This document shows, piece after piece, positions 11,703 through 23,425 of a stretch of 32,000 bases of DNA. The notes beneath the pieces were generated by a model. The model did not search any database. It was not told the DNA's origin and saw only the letters and a program-made list of their open reading frames with translations. The DNA comes from Wallemia ichthyophaga EXF-994 (Eukaryota > Fungi > Basidiomycota). The DNA lies in NCBI RefSeq assembly GCF_000400465.1, contig NW_008806275.1, positions 217,602 through 249,601 on the forward strand. Reading direction: 5' to 3'. The translations under genes and the position numbers were made by a program. Position 1 is the stretch's first letter; each line of letters starts with the position of its first letter.

Positions 11703-13225
11703 ATGAGCTTATTTCCTTTCTCAGCGTTGCGGTGTGGCAGAGGAGGAGTTCTGGCTGTAGCATCCAACAATCAAATAGCTGTAATTGATGGGTTCGTGTG
11801 GCCTCGTTTACAATACTCCCACTCAGCCTTCTCAGCATCAAAGTCCTCAAGAGCACAGAAGGACACACGATGCCTATCAGAGTGCTCCTATTCAGCAGCG
11901 ACGATAAGCAGCTGATAAGTACTGGCGACGATAAGCAGCTTAACGTTTGGAATATCGAGAAAGATGCACTCGTTCTCAAAGACACAGTGTGTGTGGGGCA
12001 TCTGGCTTTATGACATCTGCTTACCACTCCTCAGCCTCATCAGCAAGCGTGCAAACTCACTCAATCTCCTCAACGAAGACACTGTCCTCGTTGGAGACAA
12101 ATTCGGCGATATTTTCACCTACAAGCTCAATAGAACGGACCAAGACAAGGAGAATGACGCAAAAACTAAAAACAAGGACAAGGAACCACTGCTTGGACAT
12201 GTCTCAATGGTTAATGATGTCGCCGTCACTCCCTCACACATCATTTCTGCAGACAGAGATGCTCACATACGCATATCAAGGAACCCACTGGGATATGTCA
12301 TTGATATGTTCTGTCTCGGCCACGAAAAGTTTATCACTGCAGTCGGTGTACTCGATGAAAATCTTCTTTTGTCTGGTGGTGGTGACGATTATATTATTCT
12401 GTGGAATTACAAAGAGGGCAAGGAAATGAGGCGATTTGACGTGAGAGATGCTGTTCTTGCTCATGCTTCAGTGAGAGCAATCAAAATTCAAGATAAGATG
12501 CTGAAGAGCGATGATATTCCGGCTGATTACGGTGAGCATATTCTGTGCATTGATCGCATATTGGTTAGTGGAATTGGAAAGGATGCGGGTGGTGATGCTG
12601 TTGACCCACTCGTGCTCTTCACTTCATGCGGGTGAGTTGAAAGCGCTGTGCAAGCAGCTCCATTAACGTTATATCGCAGTGCGACAGGTGTTTTCTACGC
12701 GAGAAAATCAGCATTTGTAGAGGCCAACGAGTTCAATATCCAGGCTGTTGATTTGCAGCATCCTATCATCGAAATGGCAGACATGGGCGGAGGCAAGTTT
12801 GTTGTGACGCTCGATACATCCAGAGGAGCGCCAGATGCAGCTGCTGTACTCATGCTGAATTCTGAAGGAGAGGTGGGAGATTATGGCTCTATTGAGGTAT
12901 TATCTGATAGATATACAGCTACAAATAAGTGAACAAAATTCGCTTGTGAGTACGTTGAATGGATTGACTGTGCAAGGTAAGACTGCTCTAACCTCTTACA
13001 TATAATTCCGTCTAATATCATCCTCCAGGCGCAGAAAAGGATGTCAAGCACCTCGACCTCTACTCTCAACTAGCCCTGCAGCCCAAAGTCGAAGGCGAAG
13101 ACAATTTAGACGAGGAGAAAGAACATCCAGAGAAGAGTGGAAGGACTGGTGAAAAGCGCAGGGCGAGGGAGGCAGCCAAGATGTCAAATCAAGCTAAAAA
13201 AAGCAAGACAGATGAGTCGACGTAA
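11703..13225 (+). CDS. TRM82: tRNA m7G46 methyltransferase non-catalytic WD40 subunit, multi-exon
   Basis: STGDDKQLNVW, VLVGDKFGDIFTY, LLGHVSMVNDV, IISADRDAHIRISRNP..FCLGHEKFI, LLSGGGDDYIILWNY; basic C-terminus. Confidence 0.88.
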
Positions 13226-13281
13226 GGTAATAATCATCAATTATGAATAGAAATACATTATTTGTCTATATGTCCACACTT

Positions 13282-13914
13282 TTAATCGCAAGATTCATCC
13301 AACCAGCCGTCTCTCCACCGTTGCGGCACCTTATCGCAATCGAAAATATCCTTACCGAGACGGGCATTGACGTCGTTGTGCATCTGGCACCTGTACGTGT
13401 ATGTGTAAGACTATTGCGCGACCTGAACACGTAAGGCAACTTACATCCACAATTCAAGCGCAGAGCGTGTATGAACCTGTGGCGGCTGTTGTTTGACGTA
13501 ACTGCGTAGATGGCTAGCGCAATCACCGCATGGGTAGAAAGAGCCAACTGAGCTAATTAGATTCTTCATCTGAGTTTGCTCACTTATACTGGCTGTGTGG
13601 GGGTAGTATGATGCCGCTGTATGTAGGAATGTCCATGTCTGCCGACCGAGTTGGTCTGCGTCGACTGGACACCCGAATTTGTCTGCTAGTGTTGGTTGGG
13701 CTAGTTTTTGGATATTGCTTTGGGTTTGCGTGTTGTTGGTGGTGTTGTTGGTGTTGTTGGTGTTGTTGGTGTTGTTGGTGTTGTTGGTGTTGGTGATGTT
13801 GCTCCCACTCCCACTACTCCCACTACTCCCACTTCCCCCTTTTCTCTGCTGCTTGGACCAACTTTTAAACGAATTGCACACCTTGCATGGCTTCCCATCC
13901 GCACCAATTTCCAT
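13282..13914 (-). CDS. ERV1: Mitochondrial FAD-linked sulfhydryl oxidase, ~192 aa, intron 13391-13444
   Basis: N-terminal [65 protein letters not shown]. Confidence 0.93.
13731..13838. repeat. Two adjacent 9-bp coding minisatellites inside ERV1: (TGTTGTTGG)x5+ and CCCACTACT-like
   Basis: Five perfect TGTTGTTGG units at 13743-13787 encode NNT repeats; 13801-13838 encodes GSSGSSGSG. Confidence 0.9.
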
Positions 13915-13975
13915 ATTACTAACACAGATCACAGTTGGTATCAAAGTATAAATAATTATTTAATTTTATCATCTT

Positions 13976-16312
13976 TTAAAATGGCGTCTCACACACTACA
14001 CACTTTCCAGCGCTGCTTGGCGATTTGCACATGCATATACTGCAGCTCCTCTCATTCCCGCCTTGCTTAGCCGCTGCCCAGAGGGGGTTGAGTGTGGCTG
14101 GTGTGGCTGATACTGTTGACGGCTGCTCGTCTACCCTTATGGCAAAGGAGATGGATGGTACTGCTTCCACCTTCTCCTTCAGCCCGGGTGCTATCTTGCT
14201 CACTGGGATATTAAGCAGCGAGTTGAAAGTAAATGAAGGTATCTCCGATACTGCTTTAGATTGTGCTTTGTCCTTGGCGTCTTGTGGAGGTGGTGTAGTT
14301 GCGGTTGTGGCTGTGGTTGATGATTCTGGTGTTGGTGTCGAAGCTGGGAAAATGTTGACAAATGTGGAGCTCTTGTTGTCTTTCGCTTCACCTTCAACCT
14401 TGTTCACTTGCGCTTCCTTAGCTGCAGTTGAGAATGAGGGGAAAGATGGGAATTGCGATGGTTGAGGTTGTGCTTTACCCTTCTTCACTTGATCCTCTTC
14501 AAGTTCCTTATCATCGTCCGATGCCTTGGCTGGCTCTTCATCTTTTGCTTCTTCCACTTCATCCATCTCCTCTTCGTCTTGTTCCAGTTCGTCGTGTTCC
14601 ATTTCGTCACTCTCTTCTTCCTTCTCCTGTTCGACATCCTCTTCTTTCTCACCATCTACATCTACATCACTGTCACTGTCGATGTCTATGGTTTCAGTGG
14701 TTTTTGCAGGTGGCTTAGGCGAGGGTGGAGTTGGTTGCACAGACGAGGCGAAAGTAGGCTTCGGCTGAGAGGAATGTGATTGAGCGAGTGAGCTATTTTG
14801 TGGCTGTGTCTGTCCGAAAGCGCGATCGGTTGACTGCATCTCTAAAGCCTGCTTCTTCGGTGATGGTTCGGCTTTAGCTGCGAGTGGACCGAATGCTCCC
14901 GTTTCAGGCTGCGAACGACCTTCAGCTTTATCAAAGGAGGGTTTGCTCAGGTCGTTAGATGTCGCTGAACCTTTCTGCAACTCGTTCTCGTCAGCTTTTC
15001 TCTTGTTTTTCTATTAACGTCAGCTGGAGTGATCAAGGATGCTAATTTCACCTACGGATGGATCTGTCTGTTCGATCAGATCGAGTGCGCTTACGTTTGC
15101 ACCTTTGTTTTCTTCTGATTTCTCTCCATCAGTCTTCTTCTCGGGAGCAACACTCTTCCTAGAATTAGAATCACGCAGCTTAGATGGTCGAGGTGTACGA
15201 GACTTAGAAATACGAGCGACAGGGTTGTTATTTTGGTATGGGTTGATGGTCTCATTTGATGGTTTGTTAGAAACAGGTTCATCACCCAAAACACCCAAAA
15301 CAGCATCAGCAGCTCTACTACTGAGCTTTGAAGGTGTGTTGTGATCCTCTCTCTGCTTGCTTTTCTCAGGTGAGGGTGATTGAGATGATTGAGATTCAGC
15401 CGTTTGTACTTGACGGAGTGGAGAGGGTCGAACGACGGTAGCGGGTTTAGAAAACCGTGGAACACTCAAATGGGACGATTTTGAAGGAGTGGAAGTGAGT
15501 TTTGGTTGTGATTGCTGGTGTTTTTTGTTTTCTACCTGCTGCTGCTGCTGTTGTTGTTTTGAGTCTGCGTTTGAATCATCAGTTCTGCGCCTCTTGCCCG
15601 TGTCGATGGGGAGTGATGAACCAACGCCGATGGATCTGCCTACATTTTCCAACGAGCTTGAGCTGTTTCTTCTATTTGATTGGGATGGGCTGCCGAAACC
15701 AGCGCCCATGTAGATAGGTCTCTTCCTTGCAGATAAAGAACCACCGAGGCTTTGTCTGGAGTTTCTCGAACTTACGCTGCTTCTCTGGGAGAGGTTAGAA
15801 CGGGCAGGGGATAAGAAAGCGTTAACAGAGCTAGTTTGTGGTTTGCGTGTGGGGGTAGTGGAAGTGCCTGGAGAGAATAGGGCGACGGAGGGGATGTTCT
15901 GTGATTGGTCGAGTGGAGGTTGTTGGATTGAGCTGCCGATCAATTTGAAACATTGAACGGCTTCCTCAGAGGTGAGTGAGCGGTTCCCCTTGTCTTTAAA
16001 AAAGTTGGATAGCAGGTTGTTGGTTTGCTGTGAATCATCTGGCTGTCTCCAGTCGATGAGATCTTCAGTGGGATGAGCGCCTAGTTCCTCGATATCCATT
16101 GGTGAGTCAATGTGGGCATCTTTAAGGCCATCTCCGTGATTGTCTCCGGAGCCGTGAGCATCGCCGGAGCCATCACCATCACCATCACCATCACCAGTGC
16201 CATCTCTATAACTCGATTTGAAGGGAGATGAAATTAAATTATAAAAAGAGCTAAAACCAGTCGATCTCCTTTTTTTATTTTGAGTTTTTGAGTAAGGACT
16301 CGAGTGGTTCAT
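13976..16312 (-). CDS. Largely disordered nucleoporin-like protein (Nup60/Nup1/Nup153-like) with C-terminal RanBP2-type zinc finger, ~763 aa, intron 15011-15055
   Basis: Two long ORFs joined in frame by GTAGGT..GCTGAC..TAG; amphipathic N-terminal SSFYNLISSPF; RKRPIYMGAGFG; terminal CSIC-x10-CVVC; Ser/Pro-rich and acidic tracts. Confidence 0.6.
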
Positions 16313-16334
16313 GGTTGTAAGTGAACAACCAACA

Positions 16335-16826
16335 ATGCCTTCTCCAGAATCGCCAGGCCAATTTCCACTCATCGACGTTGATCCTCACTTCAGCAGAGTC
16401 GTTAGATTTTTCAGGCCATCTGACTACGTTGCCTGGGGTGCTCTGTCCACGGCCACCCCTGGTTTGTACTACGCTTGGGAACAAATCAACCCAACAAACG
16501 CCATCAAGCAAGTCAAAGTTAAATTGGCTGTGCCTACCACTCTCGGCGTGATCGGCGGCTTCTTACTCGCCTATCAAAGATCGTCCTTCAGATTCTTTGG
16601 TTGGACTGAGAATGGTCAAGAGCAGGAGAAAGATATGGCTGAGCTATCATCCAGAGCCAACCAAGGCAAACCCCTCTACGGTGACACTGGCCTCTCCCCA
16701 TACCTCCAAGGCGTCGCTCACAGGAACTCTGCCTTCTCTCAACTCAAATTGGCAACTATCCCGTGGTTTAACTTTGCTAACCATAGCCATCACGGTGTCG
16801 ACGCTGACAAGTACTCAAATAACTAA
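16335..16826 (+). CDS. NUXM: NADH-ubiquinone oxidoreductase 21 kDa (20.9 kDa) subunit, fungal complex I
   Basis: FPLIDVDPHFSRVVRFFRPSDY, GGFLLAYQRSSFRFFGWTEN, PLYG..LSPYLQGVAHRNS, FNFANHSHHGVD; a second in-frame ATG lies at 16311. Confidence 0.9.
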   Translation: MPSPESPGQFPLIDVDPHFSRVVRFFRPSDYVAWGALSTATPGLYYAWEQINPTNAIKQVKVKLAVPTTLGVIGGFLLAYQRSSFRFFGWTENGQEQEKDMAELSSRANQGKPLYGDTGLSPYLQGVAHRNSAFSQLKLATIPWFNFANHSHHGVDADKYSNN

Positions 16827-16881
16827 TTTGTACAAATTTTCATCCATTTCCCCCTTCTTCTCGTACCTCCATGAGCTGCAC

Positions 16882-19336
16882 ATGTCCGCCGTCGATACCA
16901 GCATCTCCCACGCGCACACCGCCGTATCCACCCACTTCCGCTCTCTCTCTCTATCGCTATCTCTCTGGTTCGTTCTCATCTCCACCGCCATCTCCGCAGG
17001 TATCATCTCTGCTTGTCTAGATATCATCATCGACTGGCTTTCTGATCTCAGGCAAGGCCACTGCACGTCTCTCTTCCTGCGCTCACTCAAGAGCTGCTGT
17101 CCGATGCACCACATGTGCGACGATTGGATCGAGCACACGACGGCGACGAATAACATCATCGCCTTTCTTGTCTACGTCTTCTCTGCCATACTCTTGGCAC
17201 TCGCATCAGCTACTCTCGTCGCTAAACTCGCTCCACGCGCTTTCCACACGGGCATCCCCGAAATCAAAGCTATTCTTGGCGGTATTGCTATACGAGATTT
17301 CTTATCAATGCGCACGCTCGTCGTGAAAGCTGTTGCGCTGTCCCTCAGTGTAGCCTCTGGGCTGTCTCTTGGCAAAGAAGGGCCACTGATACACGTCACC
17401 TGCGCTCTTGCCGAGTTGTACATGGGGGTGGTACGCAGGATCGGTGTAGGTGTAGGTGACTGGACAAATTCCGGCGCGCGTCAGCGTCAGACATACGCAG
17501 CTGCTGCAGCTGCTGGTGTGAGTGTAGCATTCGGTGCACCATTAGGAGGTGTGTGTCAACTTAACAGCCATCACCCTGCCCCCTCACCCTCAACTGCACA
17601 GGCGTCATGTTCGCATTGGAAGAACTTGACATAAATCTCTTCCCTACCAATACTCTCTGGCAGGCGTTTGTTTGTGCTGCACTCGCCGCAGTAACGCTGC
17701 AGTGGTGCAACCCATTCGGGACGGGGAAGCTAGTCCTCTTCTCCGTTTCTACTAACCAGTCTTGGAAGCAGTTTGAATTGGTCTTCTGGCTCCTCCTGGG
17801 CGCACTCGGCGGGTTGGCGGGTGTTGCGCTTTTACGGCTTAACCTATTCTTCGCTAGGTTGCGCCGCGATACCACTCTCAGACGCTACCCTATCCTCGAA
17901 ACGACCGCCGTCGCTCTCCTTACTGCTCTGCTGAGTTATGCGAGTATCCTGACGAGGTGTGTGGGTTTATTTTAGAGTGCTGTGTTGCTATAGTGCTATT
18001 TTGCTCTATTGCTATGCTATGCTCTTCAACACTCATACTCACACTCACTGACACGCTCACAGAGTGCAGAACACTTCACTAGTCGCAGCGCTCTTGCAGG
18101 AGTGTTCCAATACCAACACCACATCAGCACCAACGCTACAGCTACATGCCACAGTGCTGCTTTGCAACAGTGACCGGCGTGTAAGCGTGACAGTTATGCT
18201 ACTGGCCTACGCTGCCGTGGTGAAGCTGCTCCTTACAGCCTACACATTCGGTCTCTCTGTACCTGCCGGTATATTTCTCCCGGGTCTCTCCATCGGTGCG
18301 TGTATGGGACGCGCTCTCGGTGGATTACTCGAATTGGTCGAAGAGCGCTACTCGACGCTAGCTATTTTCGCCGATTGTCATGGTGCGAGTGATGGTGGCG
18401 GGTGTATCCGCCCCGGTCTCTACGCTACTGTCGGCGCTGCTGCAACTCTCGCTGGTATTACGCGTATGACTGGTGAGTGAGGTTTTATTTTGTGGTGTTT
18501 TCTTCCTTTTACTTACTTTAATCTTTATCTCATCTCTCATCTCACCTTCTACAGTCTCGCTCGTCGTCATCATCTTCGAACTTACTGGCGCACTCTCGCA
18601 CGTCGTCCCGATCATGATCGCGGTGATGACGGCCAAGTGGGTAGCAGATGCCTTTGGGAAGCAGGGTGTGTTCACGGCATGGATTTCTCACCAGCAGTAC
18701 ACATATATCCCGCAGGTGGATATTGATGTTGGGTTGGGGGTACGGGGCGCGAGTGTCCGTGATATGCACGGCGTGTGTGCGCGCGACGTCGCTCTGTCCC
18801 ATTATCCCACTCTGCCCGCTGATGGGGAGATTAGGGAATTGATGGAGCTGACGCGTGGTAATGATGATGATGATGCTCACACTCACACTCATGGCTACGC
18901 TATCATTACCCGCAACGATAGTCTGCTTGTTGGTTGGGTTCAGGCAGAGAAGATTGTTGCTATTGGTGGTGTAGTGGAGTCTAATTCAACCATCCACTCT
19001 TCTTTCTCCTTCAACCAAACAGAAACCCCAGACACACTCGATCTTAGCACATATGTCGATACAGCCCCGCTTTTCTTCTACGCGTCGACGCCAATTAACG
19101 TGATTGTAGCGACGTTCCAGAGTATGGGGGTGGATAGAGTGTTTGTTGTGAGCCAGCCAGGCACGCTAGTTGGAGTGATTGAGCGTGTACAGATATCGCA
19201 GCTGATGGCAGGCAGAGCGGGTGGATTGGGGCTGGGCTGGCCGGCATGTCTCACCAGAAGCAAAGGGAGAAAGGAATATGAGCAAGTGGAGATGGTTGAG
19301 CAGGCAGGGGAATACCAATTAGAAGAAGGAGGATGA
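16882..19336 (+). CDS. CLC-family chloride channel/antiporter (Gef1/ClC-3-like) with degenerate CBS tail, about 3 introns
   Basis: Signature motifs GIPEIK, GKEGPL, GVSVAFGAPLGGV/LFALEE, PAGIFLPGL, PGLYATVGAAA, SLVVIIFELTG. Confidence 0.92.
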
Positions 19337-19412
19337 AGGAACGTGAAAAAGATGGAAAAAGACAACAAAATGTTTTGTTTTATTTAAGATGACGATATCC
19401 GATCAAGATAGA

Positions 19413-19814
19413 TCAAGTAGACAGCTCTTGTACTTTCTCAGCATTGTTCATATCCTGCTCTCGTTGCTGCTTGTGCATATAAATTCTAGCAAGTTGAGTG
19501 AGACCAGTACAACCGACGCCAAAGTTAACAGCCGCGAGAGAGTAGTTTATGGGTTTGATGACAAGCGAGTACCTGACCCATATGAAACCAGTAGCAGCGA
19601 GTGCTAAATTCTGATTTAAACTCAGTTTATCTGCAGGTTTATTGAAGTCTTTGAGTCCGGCAGCTACTAGAGCCCATTTCATCAACGGTGCCCAGAAGAA
19701 AACAGTTTTTGGGCCTAAATTAGATAAATAAGGGGATTGCTATTGAAATATAATATCCCCACCCGCTGCCGAGTTCATAAATCTACCAAATCCAGATCCA
19801 GACGCAGAAGCCAT
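19413..19814 (-). CDS. MPC2: Mitochondrial pyruvate carrier subunit, ~117 aa, intron 19715-19762
   Basis: FMNSAA/GPKTVFFWAPLMKWALV, LSLNQNLALAATGFIWVRYSLVIKPINYSLAAVNF. Confidence 0.92.
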
Positions 19815-19855
19815 TGTGATTGTTGATAAAGAACAGCCAAAAAAACCAAATTTAA

Positions 19856-22482
19856 ATGAAATTCACTCAGGCGTTGAATATTAATCTGGTACCAGAATGG
19901 AGTGATTATTATCTCGGTTATGAACAGCTCAAGAGGAGGATATATCAGCTAGAACGGGACTTGGAGACGCAGCAACCACGACAGCAACCACGACAGCAAC
20001 CAAGTGATATTGAAACTCCTCTTCTATCCGCTACAGACTCGCCTGCGATTCGTTTATTCAGTCCAATCCTTGAAAAAGAAGTTGACAGGATTACCACCTT
20101 TTATAAGGATAAAGAGAGTGAATTAGATAGTGATCGACAAAGCCTCTTTAATTTCATTCATGCGACTGAGTTGGATGTCGTAAGGAATAGCCAGGATTTT
20201 AGACCTTCGAGAGATGACACCCGCGATACATACAATACACATAATACACACAATACGCACGACAATAACGATCATAGCGATAGCGACGACGATGATGACG
20301 ATATCACAAAGCATACTCAACCCAAGACTCACTTTGCAAGACGATCTTTCAATGACGATTTTCACCATGATCAGCGTGATACAAACGTCGAAAACAACCC
20401 ACCCAGACGCAAATCTATCGCTGTCATCAGAAGGCCCTCCCTTGATCTCCTTGATGACGACATTGAGGACTCTATCTGGACATCAAAATCCAATTACGCC
20501 ATCGACCAGCGCATTATGATTAAAAAACGTCTCACTGAGCTCTTTGTGCAGTTCAGCGAGCTCAAGCAGTTTGCACAAATAAACGAAACTGGTTGCAAGA
20601 AAATTCTCAAAAAGTAAGCCACTCTGTGCCTTTAGACAACCTCTCACCCCACGCCACACTAAAGGTTTGACAAGATCACTGAAAACGATCTCAAAACCTC
20701 CTTTATGGATAATGTTGTCCTCGTCGCTTACCCTTTCACAGAAGAGACCAAGAAGAGAGTTGACAACATACTCGACCAGTTTATTGATGTATATGCACGC
20801 GTTGTTACCCTCAATAATCGCGCTGTCGCACACAATCAACTCAAAGCGCGTGAGTGATGTTTTTGATGAGTACTCATCACTCAACCTCTATAGATCTTCG
20901 CGAGTATGTCGTACTCGAGCGTAACAGTGTGTGGAGACAGGTGAGTTAAGCATCTCTACACAAGAACACCCCTCACACCTCTCAGATGGTTGGCCAGGAG
21001 CGTAGATCGCAAGGTGTTCAGATTCAGTCGCAGTCGTTGACCGAAAAGAAACCTGCGACTGGTATTGCCAAGTACATTCCTCCCTGGCTCACCTCGAAGA
21101 TGGTCGGGCTCCTTACTGCCGTCGTCGTCTTTATCACTCTCCTCAATCTCGACATATTCGACAAAGGCGAGGAGAATTGTCTCGCGCTTCTTGTGTTTTG
21201 TGTTATACTATGGTCATCAGAAGCAGTGCCGCTATTCGTCACATCGCTGTCTGTGCCTCTCTTCATAGTCTTACTGCGCGTCGTCAAGTACCCCGATGGT
21301 CATAGAATGGAAGCGGAGGATGCAGCCAAGTATATACTATCCCAGATGATGAACCCAACCATATTCCTTCTCATTGGCGGCTTCACCATTGCTGCTGCAC
21401 TATCCAAGCATGGCATTGACAGGGTTTTAGCCCTACGAATCCTCAACCTAGCAGGCACAGATCCCAAGCTAGTCCTGCTAGCACAGATGGGAGTTGCATG
21501 TTTCTCTGCGATGTGGATCTCCAACGTAGCCGCGCCTGTGCTATGCTACTCGCTCGCACAACCGCTCCTTCGCAAATTGCCACCCAAGTCTCCCTACGCA
21601 CGGAGTATGATTCTCGGCATAGCGCTTGCAGCCAACATCGGTGGGCAGGCATCACCTATAGCGTCACCGCAGAATGTGATAGCGCTCGATGCGATGGATC
21701 CACCGATAGATTGGCTGCAGTGGTTCGCTATTGCACTACCAGTCGCGTCTACTTCGCTCGTCCTGATCTGGGGTCTGCTCCTCCTCAGCTACGGCAGCGG
21801 GGAGGGCACCGTCATCACCAAGCTTAAACCTTCAAAAGACAGCTTCACATGGACGCAGTGGTATATCGCTGCTGTTACTATCCTCACTATCGTCTTGTGG
21901 TGTGTTGCTCACTCTCTTCAAAGCGTCATAGGCGATATGGGCATCATCGCTATACTCCCCCTCATCGCCTTCTTCGGAACAGGCATCCTCTCCCCGCACG
22001 ACTTCAACTCATTCCCGTGGACTATTGTATATCTCGCCATGGGCGGTATTGCCCTCGGCAAGGGTGTGATGAGCTCCGGACTGCTTGATAGTGCTGATGA
22101 CGCAGTCAAGGAGATGGTCGGCGGGTTTGGGGTGTGGAGGATACTTGTTATTTTCTCAGTCTTGGCTACCGTGGTCGCCACATTCATCTCGCACACTATC
22201 GCTGCTGTCCTGCTGGTGCCGATCGCGGCACAAGTCGGTCAAAACCTCTCCCCTCCTCATGGTCGACTGCTCATCATGGCAACGGCACTCATCTGCTCAG
22301 CTGGAATGGGTCTCCCTGTCAGTGGATTCCCTAACATAGCCGCTATCAATCAGGAAGACAGCATGGGTGAGCGGTACCTGACAACCAACGACTTTCTTAA
22401 GAATGGCCTGCCGGCGACTGTGCTAGCAGCTGCAGTTGTCGATACGATAGGCTATTTGATAATGAGATTGATGGGGTTGTAG
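19856..22482 (+). CDS. SPX-domain low-affinity phosphate transporter (Pho87/Pho90/Pho91 family), about 3 introns
   Basis: MKF..VPEWSDYYLGYEQLK (SPX), LKQFAQINETGCKKILKK, SEAVPLFVTS, GGFTIAAALSK, SAMWISNVAAP, GMGLPVSGFPN. Confidence 0.93.
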
Positions 22483-22531
22483 TGTGTAGTGGGTAGTTAT
22501 AAATATATGTACAAAACAATTCGTTCACTTT

Positions 22532-23091
22532 CTACTTGCTAGATGGCGATCCACTGCGTCTTCTGTCGTGATTCTGCTTCTGCTTCTGCTTAGCTGCCCC
22601 ATCTTGGAATCCAGGTGGGGGAACTGAGAAGGCAAAATCAGCATGGACAACCTTCTCGAGCAGTTCAGTGCCGCTAGCGTGATCGACTGCCTTCTTTGCG
22701 TCTTCGTACGACTCGAATTCGAGCAGAGCGTATCCCTTCACGTACCCCGACCTTCTATCCAAATTGAGGTGTAAGTTACGAATATGGCCGAAGTCTGCGA
22801 ATTTATCCTGTACATCCTCCTCCGAAGCCTCTTCGTGGATATTCGTGACGAGAATTACCCATCCCTCAACGGCTGTGCGAGTCTTGTTAGCCTGCCTTGT
22901 CAGCCTTGCGTTGCGTGCACCACCCACATTTTGCAGCTTTGCTATCGAAAGCCATTTGATCCTCTACACGCTCGTAGTCGCCATCTCTTTTTGCATCTGT
23001 TGCGCGTGAGTTGATGCTCTCTCTCTTGCTCAAGTGTACACCCACCTCTATCGCCATCGCCTCCGCCGAATCCTCTCCCTTTTCTGGACAT
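22532..23091 (-). CDS. RBM8A: Exon junction complex RRM protein Y14, 2 introns
   Basis: MSRKGRGF start; SVEGWVILVTNIHEEASEEDVQDKFADFGHIRNLHLNLDRRSGYVKGYALLEF. Confidence 0.93.
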
Positions 23092-23425
23092 GGCAGCTGT
23101 AGGCGTGTAAGTGGGGTGTATGTGCTCGCTCGCTGCCCTTACGGTCCCTATCGAGCTGCATATTCGTATCGGACATGCTGAGTGTGTGTGTTCTGGGTGT
23201 TCTGGGTGTTGGGATGTAAGAGCGAGTTTATCCATGAAATTGTATCCGATGGTAATGTTGTAGTGATGTGAGCTGTGGAATCTTTATTGGCGCTATTTCT
23301 CCAAAGCCTTTCCTCCAAGCTGGCAGATGTCGCTATTGATGCCCACTTGCTCACTACTCATTGATAAATAATAACAAGGATTTATAAATATGTGTATAAT
23401 AAATTATAGTGTTTTAAAGCAGTGG

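Noticed and set aside
13608-14779. Hydrophobic or Cys/Trp-rich plus-strand ORFs (VLLVLLV, WCCWCC and similar)
   Set aside because: Antisense shadows of the ERV1 minisatellite and of the low-complexity nucleoporin-like CDS
19965-20310. QQPR and HNT repeats plus an Asp tract in the SPX domain
   Set aside because: Low-complexity insertions are usual in SPX linkers of this family
16335-22482. Functional transporter/mitochondrial cluster (NUXM, CLC, MPC2, phosphate transporter)
   Set aside because: Unrelated pathways; adjacency is explained by genome compaction
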